A stretch of DNA of 64,000 bases from Oikopleura dioica (lineage: Eukaryota > Animalia > Chordata), in assembly GCA_907165135.1 (NCBI GenBank), contig OU015569.1:930001-994000 (forward strand). Reading direction: 5' to 3'. The notes below the pieces were generated by a model. That model worked only from the letters and a program-made list of their open reading frames with translations. It had not been told where the DNA came from and made no database searches. The position numbers and the translations under genes were made by a program. Shown in pieces: positions 13,201-24,800 of this stretch. Numbering within the stretch: the stretch's first letter is position 1; every line of letters begins with the position of its first letter.

Positions 13201-13720
13201 ATTCTGCTTATAGCGCCGTCGAGATCGACTTTGATCGCTCCTCCATCAGGTTAGCAAATTTAGGCACTTCTAACATTTCCTCATTCGAGCGCTCTTCTTG
13301 GTTTGGACACGCGTGTATAAATAATAAATTTCAGTTCCGACACCGAATTAAATGATAATCGCCCCTCAACGAGACCGTCAACGACGTATGACATGGATGT
13401 TTAGTTTTCGTCAAGTGCGTTATCAATGTCTATTAATGTTGAGAGTCTAGCGCCGTGTCAAAACGCTGTAAGCACATAAAAACACTCTCTATTCTAGGCA
13501 CACACAACACAGCGTAATCGCCTCGGGCACTTCTGATGCCTCCTCGGACTCATCCTCCTCGTCATCTTCGAGCTCGAGCTCGAGCAACTCGAGCGGATTA
13601 TCAGAAGACGAGTACTCGATCCTCTCTCCCACGCTCTTGTCGGATGCAGCTAATCATTCCTACACGCGGAGTGGCTCCTCCTCCTCCACGACTTCTACTA
13701 TTACGCGATCGCGAAATTAA
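10250..13720 (+). CDS. Large multi-exon low-complexity Ser/Thr/Lys/Arg-rich protein
   Basis: Consecutive long + strand ORFs (10429-10833, 10878-11675, 11593-12453, 12540-13355) separated by short AT-rich GT-AG introns. Poly-Ser and RS tracts. No recognisable domain. Confidence 0.6.
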
Positions 13721-14144
13721 CTGTAACTCGAACTAACTGTATAAATAGCAATCAATTCAAACTATTTTGTAGATAACTGTAACTATACTACTGAACACAT
13801 GTAAAAAATCAATCCAGATAAATGACCCAATTTGATTCAACAATAAATAAATGATAAAAGAAAACATAAAACAAGAAAACACTTGACTCAAATTTTAAAA
13901 GAGAAAAGGCGGATAATCCAAATCGCCCTCTTTGGTATATAAACCCTTGTTTGACAGCTTGCATTCAGCCGATGCAAATTCAGCCGCAAAAGGGAGCCAC
14001 AAAAAAGGGTCTTTCGCTAAAAATAAAAATCGTTGCGATGCAAAGCTAATTAGGTTTTCAATCAGTAACGCGATTAAAAGAAAACAAGCAAGACTTACTA
14101 CATTGATAAGATCCTTCGCTAGAGAGAAATATCCAACCAAAAAC

Positions 14145-14869
14145 ATGAGAAACTTGATTAAACTTTTGCTGGTCTTGGCGGTGGCAAATGCAACGGAGAT
14201 TAAAGGACACGACGGACTGAGCTCGACAGGAAGAGTTTCTAATTCAGAGCTGCAAATTTGCTGAGCTGGTTGAGCTGAGCTGAGCTAGCTGGGTGAGCTG
14301 AGCAGTCCCTCAGCTCAGTTCAACCAGCTCAGCTCTATTTAGGGTCCGCTCAGCTCAGCTCAGCTCAACTACCTTAAAAAAAAGGTCTGCTCAGCTCAGC
14401 TCCGCTCAATGACCTCTGAAAAAGGCCAACTCAGCTCAACTCAGCAAAATTTGCAAGTCTGTTCCAATCGAGTAGCCATTTTTTCGCTGAAAATGACTTT
14501 TGCTAATTTTGGAAACTGAAACAGGTGGATGTATCATTTACAACGCGCCGGACGGAAGCGTCGTGTGGGGATGTCCAGATCAGAGTTCAAAATACAGAAT
14601 AGTAATTCAGCTTAGCAAAAGTAGCTTATCTCGTGCGGAAAATAAATAACTGCTTAAAACGCATTTAGAAATAAACGTTGAACTAAACTGTTAGACTCTC
14701 TGCAAGGTAAATCGTGTCACCCAAACAAGAGCTACCTTATCTAGCGGCGCATACAGTCGTAAGCTACGAAAAACGAAAGCGAAGTTCGCCCATTCCGCCA
14801 TCCATGCGAGACGACCCATATTTTGCGAAGCTGATTGCCCGTCTCCGCGAGTTCTCAATTGGAGGATGA
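14145..14869 (+). CDS. Small secreted protein (~85 aa), possible peptide precursor; 4 exons
   Basis: Signal peptide MRNLIKLLLVLAVANA. Exons 14145-14205, 14525-14596, 14695-14706 and 14757-14869 join in frame (two GA donors, one GT). Two Cys and a KRKR site. Confidence 0.5.
14245..14461. mobile_element. MITE family B (CTCAG/CTGAG pentamer-rich, TIR CAGAGTTGCAAATTT)
   Basis: Inverted ends plus AGCTC(AG) arrays. Lies in intron 1 of the secreted-protein gene. Confidence 0.75.
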
Positions 14870-15578
14870 CTCTTCCTTGATTTCACTCTTTCAAGTCTTT
14901 TTCGTGTTGTTCACTGTCAAAAACAATAAAGAGCATTTGGAATTTTAAAAAAGCGAAATTGAAATTTCTTTTCCAAAAAAACCGAGATTATTTTTTTTCG
15001 AAAAATGATGAAAAGCTACGCAAGCATTCGGAAGAAAAGGGAGATCCCTGGCAGGTCGCCAAGCTTCATCGACGAGAAAAGAGGTTTTTCAGCGAGCCAG
15101 AAATGAGAGAAATTGAAAGATGAGTTTTGCTTTTTATTCATTTTTATAATCTATAAATATGAAATGAGCTTCTTCGGTGATCGTTCTTTCGGATTGTTTG
15201 ATCTTTAGCAGCACAAAGGAAAAATCTGAGAAAACTCGACACCAATTTTTCACGCTACAGTGGCTGAGCTCGCGGAAAATATTTTCAACCCTTTACAATC
15301 GATCAAGGATCTTTATTGGCCCAATTTTGGGGCAGATATTTTTTTCGATTTTTTTTCACAATCAGAAGACTCTTCTGAAAAGAGTTAAAAGTTCCAAGTT
15401 TGGGAAAATAAAAGAGTTCTCTGGAGTTTCTGTCTGGAAGACGCGCTGTATTCTGCAGAATAAGCAAAAAGTAGCTCCATCTAAATTTCCGTCTTGTTTT
15501 TCAATTATTCTTTTATCGTTATTTTCGATATTTTCTAGAATGCCGTGAATTTTGGTGTTTGTAAAATTCAAGAGAAAG

Positions 15579-18334
15579 ATGGAGCTCAGTTTGTTAAAAA
15601 TGAGTCAGGCGGGAGTGAGCTTCACCGATTTCCCAATGGAGCTGCAGCTCAAGATCCTCTCCCAAGTCAATCTGGCGCAGATTTTGACGCTTCTGAAGAT
15701 CCATCCTTGGAAGGACGCGATTTTGGACTATCTGACGATTGAGGTAAAGAACTTCTTTCATGATGAAAGTTTCATCCAGAGTTGCAAATTTGCTGAGCTG
15801 AGTCAGTGATTTCTTACAGTGATCAGCTCAGCTCAGCTCACACACTTTCCGCTCAGCTCAATTATTTTCGAACATGATCTGTTCTGCTCAGCTCAGCTCA
15901 GACAATTATCACTTAGCTCAGCTCAGCTCAGCTCAATGATTTTAAAACAATTTTGCTACTAAAACACAGTAAAAAAACAGCTCAGCTCAACCAGCTCAGC
16001 TCCAATTAGAGCCCGCTCAGCTCAGCTCAACTACCTTAAAAAAGGTCTGCTCAGCTCAGCTCCGCTCAATGACCTCCGAAATAGCCCCGCTCAGCTCAGC
16101 AAAAATAAAGCATAATTTGCAACTCTGCTCTCATCGGCGAGAAAATATTAATCTAATTGAATCAGGCGCGCAGAGCTCGCAAAAACCCCAGTTACTACCC
16201 GCTTCTGGACAAGTTCCGATACGACGCGAAATTCGTCGACTTTTTCAACTACAACTATGACGAGCTCGCCCGGCAGAATCCGAACCTCTCGTCTTGGACA
16301 AATCGCGAGCCTGTCGCATGGCAAGTCGCCTTAAATCGCCTTAACTCTGTCAAACTGACTCTTTTACAGGTTTCTCTCGGCGCACCAGATGCTCAAAGAA
16401 GCTTCTGTCTTTGACCAGAAAAAGTGCTCGATTCACGTGCTGGACGCTGCTTCGCCGATGCACAATCCTGTCTTGAACACAAACGTCGTCTGCTTCACAA
16501 GAAACAAAAAGCTCTGCATCTGGCGACGTCAGAATCAGCAAATGCACTACATCGACTGCACGGAAACGCCAGTCGAGAACATGTAAGTTACATAACTTGA
16601 CATTATCTAAAGCATTTTATCTAAATCTATGAAAGTCCTCTTATGATAAAAAATGATTGATTAATTCTCTTAAGGAGGTAGATATCAAGAATCGCCATTT
16701 TCTGTCAGACTTTTCTCCCAAAATTAAAATAGTAACACCCTTATTTTACTTTTGAAACAAAAACTTTAGAACATTCTCTCTATTTCTTATGGAAGCTGAA
16801 ATTTTGAATTTTTCTAACTTTTCTAAAAAGCACCTCGAAAGCTCAAGAAATCTGAATTTTTGGCTTCCATAGGAAAGAGATAAATGCCTGAAATAAATTT
16901 TGAGCAGAAAAAATAAGGGAGTCACTATGCTAAAAATTTGAGAAAACACTGACATCAAATTCGATTATTGATATCTACCCCCTTAATGTATTCTTCTAGT
17001 TGGACTTGCAAGTCAAACATCGAGCTCTACGCATCGGAAAAATACATCATCTACGCTGCGATTTCAGACAATGGACATGTCCAGATCAGAGCTTACTGCA
17101 CCATCAATTTCAATCTACTCTGGGGGCTCCAGTCAGCCAAGTAAGTTTATTCAGGAAATGTTCGTCCACGCTTGATCGAGGCGGAATAAACAAATCTGTT
17201 TCTAGAAGCTACAACTACACAACGCTGAGGATTATCTCCGTCGATCCCAATGGGCGAATTTTGATTTGCGTCCAGCGCAGCGACGAGGCCGACATCGAGG
17301 AAGAAGGTCTGGCCGCCGACTTCGAGGATATGGACACGACCGAGGCTACGTATCTCTTTGCAGGCCCACAGGCGACGGATGTGACGGAGATTGAAACTGT
17401 CATCAACACGGAGGCATTGAGCCAGAAGCTCTACCTCTTTGGCAGTGTTTTCTACAAACTCACCCTCGAAAAGTAAGTTGTGTAAATTTAGTGGAAAAAC
17501 AAGTGCGCTCATTATCACTTTTCTCGTCAATTATCCATTCTTTTTACAAAATAAATAAAAAAAAGTGCATTATCGAGTTATCAATCGTATTTACGGATAA
17601 TGCAATTATAGATGCGCACGATACTTTGGTTCGGCCGTAAACATAAAATGCGTCAAGTTGCCATTTTCGAAGATGGGAGCAGGAGCCGAGGAGGAAGAGG
17701 TCTTCAAGCAGCGAACGCTGTTTACGATTCCAGACGATGTTGGCCTCGCCTACCTCGGAAATGAAATCTGCTTCTGGTATCATGATCGACTGGAGTTTCG
17801 AATTAGCTCTGTCGATGACCTACGAACCGTTGTTACTCCGGTCGATCTCCGCTGCAAGGTACTAATTTGTCGATTTAAATGGTAGTAGGGGGTTAACATT
17901 CGAGCTGCCCCTAACCCTAACTCCCTGGACCCCCTAAGGCCTTAACCAGGGGCTTCGCCCCCGTACCCCCTTAAGAGTTCCCAGTCCGTAACCCTAACCT
18001 CTAGCCCAGATTCTAGAGATACTTGATGGCTCGAATGATAACCCCTCTCTTCAATTCAAATCCGCATTAAAAGAAACTTTAGTCGGATATAAACGTCCTC
18101 GTCAACGGCGAAACCATCACTCTGACCGGCTTCGACCAAATCCACGCGCAAACCTTCGTCCTCAAGTTCTACCGCAAAGACGACCAGACCAAGACCGTTT
18201 CCTACCAGCGCGCCTTCCTGAAACAATCGGTGAGTCCGCACTCTGTTCACACTTCGGACTCTGCGATTGCAATTCTTCACCCGTCGCGCGTCTACCTCGA
18301 GGTTTACGACTATCTCTCCCCGCTGGTCGGCTGA
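15579..18334 (+). CDS. F-box protein, multi-exon
   Basis: FTDFPMELQLKILSQV...F-box at the N-terminus. Further coding-like exons at ~16160-16330, 16370-16584, ~17000-17475, 17660-17857 and 18085-18334. Introns carry MITEs. Confidence 0.7.
15777..16127. mobile_element. MITE family B copy
   Basis: CAGAGTTGCAAATTT ... AATTTGCAACTCTG with CTCAG arrays, in the F-box intron. Confidence 0.8.
16674..16982. mobile_element. MITE family D, TTAA TSD (Kolobok-like termini)
   Basis: TTAA|GGAGGTAGATATCAA ... TTGATATCTACCCCC|TTAA. Confidence 0.8.
17881..18053. mobile_element. MITE family C containing CCCTAA repeats, 8 bp TSD
   Basis: Subterminal IR AGGGGTTA(A/T)CATTCGAGC / GCTCGAATGATAACCCCT. Flanks ATTTAAAT / ATTCAAAT. 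Second copy at 37440-37873. Confidence 0.7.
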
Positions 18335-18721
18335 AATGACAAAATTCATAATTTCAACTTCAACTAAACTTTCTCTAAAAATACTTTTCTGTACTTAATT
18401 TTCTTCCTTCATTATTACTGTCGCCCAGTTTTTTCTTTTCTTTTCTCAAGAAAATGCTTTCAAAAAATGTCCATTTCTCATGGACGAAATTCAATTGTAT
18501 ATCCATTCAATAAAAATATCTTAAAAACGACAAATCAGCTTGTTTTGATATCAACGATGATTTCATTAGGTGTTTATTTGCAGTTAGAGCAGCGAAAGTT
18601 CAAACCAACCGTTTCGGCGCGAATCAGATTTAAAATCTCAACTGCAGGAGCAAAATTCGCCAGTCGCTAAAAATTATTGCCAAGAGAGGCCGTTTTCGCG
18701 GAAATTGGAAATTAATAAATA

Positions 18722-19660
18722 ATGCCAAAAGAGACTTTTTACGCAGTATCTGTTGGTCAACAGCCTGGAATCTATACGGATTTCAACGAGGCAAAGACTC
18801 AAACTCGAGGGATTCGAAACGGGCGCTACAAAAAGTTCAAAAGCAAGGACTCGGCCGAGCAATTCCTGGAAAAGGCTGGCGTTTTGCCACCGAAAGAACG
18901 TTTTTATGCTGTCGCTAATGGACGAAAAACGGGCTTATTTCAGAATAGCGCCGTAGCGCAAGCACAAATTCATCGATATCCTCACTCTTTGATGAAAAAG
19001 TTCTTTTCCCGGAATGAAGCGGTAGAGTTTCTGGAGAGTCAAGGACGATCAGTTGAGATCAAAGACAATGATGAAAGGAAACGGTCATACTTTTTTGAAA
19101 AAAACATTTTTTCGATCTATAAAGGAGCTGAAAAATGATCTGACTTCAGTCATCCTCTGGCTAAAAAGACCTTGGCCAAATTTGAGAAAACCTTCGCCAA
19201 GCAACGAAGGGAGATGTACGAGTCCCTTGGAATTGACTCAGGTGATATCATAGCAATTTTTTCGATAATAACTACCTAGAAGACGATCCTTACTCCGATG
19301 ACGATGATGATGACGATGACATGTACGGGTATTTCGACCCGCTTCATTACATGATGAATGCGCTTGGCATTGATTCAGGTAAATTATTAAAGGATAATTA
19401 TGATATGTTTTGTTCAACCTTTTTTTCTATTTTCATGCATATTTATAACAACTTCTAAGATGAATCATCCGATGATTGGGATTCGATCTACCAAGCATTC
19501 CCTGGTGGATACACTTACAAAGGATACACCTTTTACAATTGGTGAGTTTTGAAAGCATATCGTTAGCATTCTTATTTAAACTTTCCTTCAAGACTTTTGC
19601 TCAAAAAACGATCTACGACTCCACTCTTTGGCTCTGCACTTAGAAGCATTTACAACATAA
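18722..19660 (+). CDS. Protein with two tandem RNase H1 N-terminal hybrid-binding (Cauli_VI-like) domains and an acidic tail
   Basis: FYAVSVGQQPGIYTDFNEAKTQTRG..NGRYKKFKSKDSAEQFL and FYAVANGRKTGLFQN...YPHSLMKKFFSRNEAVEFL. Downstream short exons are acidic. No RNase H catalytic motifs seen. Confidence 0.75.
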
Positions 19661-20591
19661 ATTCCACTCTTGTTCACCCACTTTTAGCTGCGGTTTCTTT
19701 CTTTGAAATATTCTGCATTTAATAAGTTCTATTCAAAAGAATTAATTGCAACGGGCATAACTCGCGGGTTAGAAGAATGTCCTCAAAAAACTAGTTAACC
19801 TTCGCTTTTCAACTGAACAATAAAACGACAATTTCAAATTTGATATTGAGTACGTGTTTTAAATAAAATTGTACAGAAAGGTAGGGTCGTTAAACTCGTG
19901 CTTAGTTCAGTACGTACAGTAAGCTGCCGCGCAGTATCTTCATTACTACGCGCCAATACGCTTTTTGTTTGAATTACTCGCATGAGCTGCAAGCAATTCG
20001 CAACGCTTGAAATTAAAAATGTACAGTTTAAGTAATCGTCATTGTAGCGGTTTACATTTTGCAATGTCCAAAGTCCGGTTGACCGGTTTTTGACGCGTTT
20101 TTTTTCGTTTTCTGTTTGTTCCGTTTTTCGTGGTTTGTTTCACTGTAGCTCCGAATCACTGGAATTCACATGCTCCGAATGGATGGATAGAGAATATAAA
20201 AAGTATTTTACTGCATCGCGGAATTTGTATTTCTCATTTTCGCGGCAACTTTATACAAATTTGAAATATATACACTAAAAAAGAAAACAATCAATTTCTT
20301 TCTTTCTTTTTTAAATTGCGTACTTGCTGAAAAAGAAGTCGAATCTATCTTTTATGCTGAGTCATTACTGCTTGGCGGCTCGCTGGAATCTGTCGCTTGT
20401 TCACTGAACGAAAAAAAGGTTGAAAAAGGTTCAGCTTTTCCGATTTTTGACTTACGTAAAAAGAACTTTGTTTTCTGTTTTCTTCTTGCTCTCTACTGAG
20501 GTCGAGCTCAAATCGTCGCAACTCGAGGAGCTGGGCTCGTGTCTGTTCGGGCTAAGGATTTGATAAGGTCTCCGAATGACGAAATATTAAT

Positions 20592-21599
20592 TTACCTGTC
20601 TGTATCTCGGATGTATCGGGTCTGATGGATGTCGTTGAATCTGACTGAGCGCGTTCGCTCAACTGGCGCCTCCATAACTTCAGACTGGATCAACGCGGCG
20701 CCCGATCTGTAAGTCATGTCTGTAACCACGCTCTGGCTCTCAGACATGAGCTGGTTCTGATAGGCCATTTGTTGTTGAACGAACTGGTTGACGATTTCTG
20801 GCGGCACGATTTGTCCGTTTGGATCGATGACGACGGAGATGGGCTGTCCCTGTGGGCCGGAGATGATCTGCTCGCGGAACATTGGCGGCAACATCGGCGG
20901 CATAAATGCTTGGTTGTCCAAAGTGGCTGGTTCGGGGGAGTAGCTGGGGTTCGACATTCCGTACATGGGTGGATACTGCATGTGCGAGCTGAAGCCAGAA
21001 GGCGAGCGAAGGAGGCCCATGTTGGAGATGTTTCGCTGGAGGAAGTCGTTCTCGGTCATTGGCGAGTCGGACTTGTGCGGGGGAATGCCTTGCTTGGCGG
21101 CGAGGTGTTCTTTCTGAGACATTTGTCGGTTTCGCGAAAGAAGAGCCACGAAACTCATGGTGACGATGCTCAAGTAGCCGTAAAAGAGAAGGTAGAAACC
21201 AGCGATGAGCCAGGTGACGACGAGCTCTTGCACGTCCATCGTGTTTGGATCGTCGACGTTGTTGATGTTGGTGACGATGATGTAGCCACGGCTGGACTGC
21301 TCTTCTTCTTTTGGAACAGTGCGGTAAATTGCCTCGCCGAGCACCCAAATTGAGCAGAGTCCGGTGGCAACCGTCCAGCTGAAGGCGCCGATTTTCACTT
21401 TTGAAACTTCTTCGGCGACGCCGCAGCAGCAAGAGAACATCATCAACACGAATGCGGCAAGGGCAGCAACGCCGGCGAGTGCGATTCCGACAACAGCAAA
21501 GATCGCGTCAAGGTTTCCATCATTGAAAGAGATCTCAGGCAGCGACGAGTCCAGCAGAGCAGCTTGAAGAGACGACATCTGGCGGAAGATGTAGATCAC
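20592..21599 (-). CDS. Multi-pass membrane protein with Pro/Gln/Met-rich cytoplasmic tail (probably has an upstream exon)
   Basis: 335-codon ORF with three hydrophobic helices. An acceptor-like TTTAG lies just upstream. Confidence 0.7.
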   Translation of the reverse strand: MIYIFRQMSSLQAALLDSSLPEISFNDGNLDAIFAVVGIALAGVAALAAFVLMMFSCCCGVAEEVSKVKIGAFSWTVATGLCSIWVLGEAIYRTVPKEEEQSSRGYIIVTNINNVDDPNTMDVQELVVTWLIAGFYLLFYGYLSIVTMSFVALLSRNRQMSQKEHLAAKQGIPPHKSDSPMTENDFLQRNISNMGLLRSPSGFSSHMQYPPMYGMSNPSYSPEPATLDNQAFMPPMLPPMFREQIISGPQGQPISVVIDPNGQIVPPEIVNQFVQQQMAYQNQLMSESQSVVTDMTYRSGAALIQSEVMEAPVERTRSVRFNDIHQTRYIRDTDR

Positions 21600-21881
21600 G
21601 TTGAGTATCTAAATGGCAAATTGGGACACGTACTTTGTTAATTATTCCAACTATTGACAGCAAGTGTGACAGGTGTCTTGCTTTGTAAGCGTATATATAA
21701 AACCCGAAGAGCAATTTCGACAGATTGGGGGATTACAAAGCGTTTGATACCGTGTCTTTTGGAATCGACTTATGACTTTACGTCCTTGCAGACTCCCGTC
21801 AATACAGTAAAGCTGGCCGCGAAAAGAGAAAAGCGAGAAAATCGAAGAAAAGAAGAGTCATTAATTTTTAAAAGAAAAATA

Positions 21882-24800
21882 ATGATAACTGTGCTTGTAT
21901 TTCTGCTGACTGTAGTGTGGTCTTCACTATCCGCTAGGCTAGGTATTTATTCACGATGTTCTGAACATTAGACATCTAACATGACATTTAGCCGTATTGA
22001 GTGAGCCTGGGCATGATTTAACACGTGATCAAGTGTTCAAAGTGGCAGCGAAAATGTCCAACGAGAATGTCAGCTTTTACTTGTACGAGCCGGAGCAGCT
22101 GAACGACGGGAAGAATCCCTTTCGCGATTTTACGGCGCTGTGCAAATTGCTGGAAAAGCCGCTGCACGGGATTCTGTTCATTTCACGAGCAGGTACTTTG
22201 AGAATTACAAACTCCAGTGATGTGAAGCTAGGATCGCCCGCGTTGCCGAAAGTGGCCGATTTTGCAGAGACTATGGGATTGCCGCTGATTACACCTTTCG
22301 CGGGGCGAATTAAGGACTCCACAACCACGGTGTCGTTTCTCCCAGGCCGGATTTCATTCATTCACTCGAAAAATTACACGGCTTAGTGAAATCGGAAAAA
22401 GGAGAAGAACAGATCTTTGCATTTTTAAAAAGCCAAATCACAGATCTTCGGGAAACGATCATCTGGGCCTGTGAGAAGGCGAATGTGGTGCCAGTTGCGC
22501 GAGTTTTCCAACTGAACAAGGACAAGACTGTTCAACCGATTGTGATGTATTTCGACAAGAAAAGCATCGCTGATGAGATTGCGAGAACATTGGCCCTGTA
22601 CGATCGCGGCTCTCGACGGATAATATGCATCTGCGGCGGGCCCATCATTAACGAAATGATTCTAGTTGCGCAAGTGACTGGGCTCTTCAAGCGCAACATT
22701 AATATTCTATTCCTGGATCCGACGAGTGATCAGGCTTCGGGATATAAAGCCGCCCATTCAGTGACATTTTGATTACCGAAGCAAAAATAATACGAATTCA
22801 AGAGTGCACGGTTCTTGTTGCGTAACTCCTTTTATATCCAATCCTCAAGACTCTCGCGAATGTAGAAGCGACGGATGCTAATTTGCGAAGGGTCAAAAAT
22901 CAATGATTGATTTGAAAAATAAATAGTCCAAAATTTTTAACCCGTGAAGACAACATGGCTCCCTTATGACAAGAACTCGAGCGGATTCAATGCGAGGGCG
23001 GAGCTTCTTGAGATGGAAAATGTGACAACTGGGATGATTTTGACAAGCGAATCCTTGCGAATGTTCGGCTCGCTGCTGATCAAGGTTCCGGTAAGAAGCT
23101 GGCTCTAGAAGCGCTAAGCCGCGCTCGCCTCTTCCGCAACCCGTGTAAAGTCGATACCTTCCACAGAACCGGACGCGTTGGCGCCGCTGGCAGCCTCCTG
23201 CCGGAGGAAACGCAAATGGACGCAAGGTTAGATCCCATGCGGATATCTCCAATAAAACCTAGCCAAACACACTCTGTCTCGGCCGTTTTTTACGTTACGG
23301 GGCGGATAAGGACACCTCCGTTCAGGCACGCTGATGATCAAGAACAGCCCAAATTACACGTCCGAGCTCATTACCGGACTCAATATGTCGTGGGATGGTG
23401 AAGTCCTCCAGGTTAGCTTCAAATCTGTCACATTTGAAGGGAGCCTACGTGGCGCTCAAAAACCGTGCTCCAGTAATTTTGATACTCTCTTGTGTAACTG
23501 CCCTGCTAGCCGCGATTTTATCTGTACGAGCAGCACGTTGGCTACAACCACTTTACGGCGCAGTGGAACAAGCGCGATGGGATGACGTACTCCCAGCTCC
23601 TTCCGGCCTCAGTTATGTTAGAAACAAATCGATCTATAATTAATAGAACATGTTTCTAACCAATAGCAAAGAGCAGCCCGAGTACATACTGGTCACAACG
23701 CTAATCTCTCAGGAATGCGACTTCTAAGCTATTTCATTTCACTAACCACAGTCATTATTATTAGCCGGGATAAATACCGTACTTTACTGAAACTGGCGAA
23801 ATAAATAAAGTTCGTGTTGATAAAGGACTTTGTTTATCGTTAAGGGGGCGAGTAATTAGGCCCAGTAGCTGCGATGGTTATCGAAAAGGACATCCTCGGA
23901 ATATCTCATCCGGGACAGAAATTTCAAGTCGCACTGAGCCTTACATGAGTAAGTATCAGTTCGTCGCTCTCCAACTCGACGCAAAAAGGGGCTATTAAGG
24001 ATGTCTAACTGGGCCTTAATTTAGCCTTCTCGGACAAATTTCCCCTCGCTCTGCTCTGGCAAGTGGGACATGGCAACTTCTCACGCGAACGGTCATTTCC
24101 TTCGGAATACTTCGAAGGCTTTTGCAAAGGTAAGAAAGAAACAAGCCCGCGATTCTAGTTTAATGCGCCCTTTTGAAATCGAATTTCGCCTCTTTTCCCG
24201 GGCGCAGATTAAATGAACTGAATTGAATTGAAGCTAGGAATGGTCAAATCTGACGAATTCCATATTCGAATTTGAATATTTTAGAGCGCGGCGGACAAAT
24301 CTCCGCGGCGGAAATCGCCTTTCCCCGCTTTAAAACGTTCTAAATGCAATGCGCAAAGCTCGATAGTACTTTTACGTTTACAGTTACGTCTGCGGCAAGA
24401 TCTTTTGTCTAGATATCCTCGACGTAATGGCCCGGCAGCTCAACTTCAAGTATCGCATTCGGCTATGTTCTGATAATGAGTACGGCAACGAGCAGGCCGA
24501 TGGCACTTGGGTAAACAAAAAAAGCTTTTGAATGAATGGTTGCTCAGACTTTTTAGAACGGGATGATCGGCGAAGTGATTCTAGTAAAGGGCTTTTACCA
24601 CAACGGCAGCTTATTTCGTTTGTACGATTGCAGAGTTGAGCCCAAACAGGCCAAGCCGATTTGGCGATTGGATCACTGACGATCAGCTATGAGCGGGAGC
24701 AGCGCGTCTCATTCACCACTCCCTTCATGAACACGGGCGTTTCGATTCTATACAAAACGGCTAAGCCCTCGGATCCAGGTCAGGTGCACCAATAAAGTTA

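Noticed and set aside
14245-16127. CRISPR-like repeat arrays
   Set aside because: Pentamer microsatellite-like MITE interiors with no regular repeat-spacer periodicity, in a eukaryotic context.
18722-19138. Possible caulimovirus/viral insertion (viroplasmin-like domain)
   Set aside because: The domain is shared with cellular RNase H1, the gene has host-type introns, and there are no viral neighbours.
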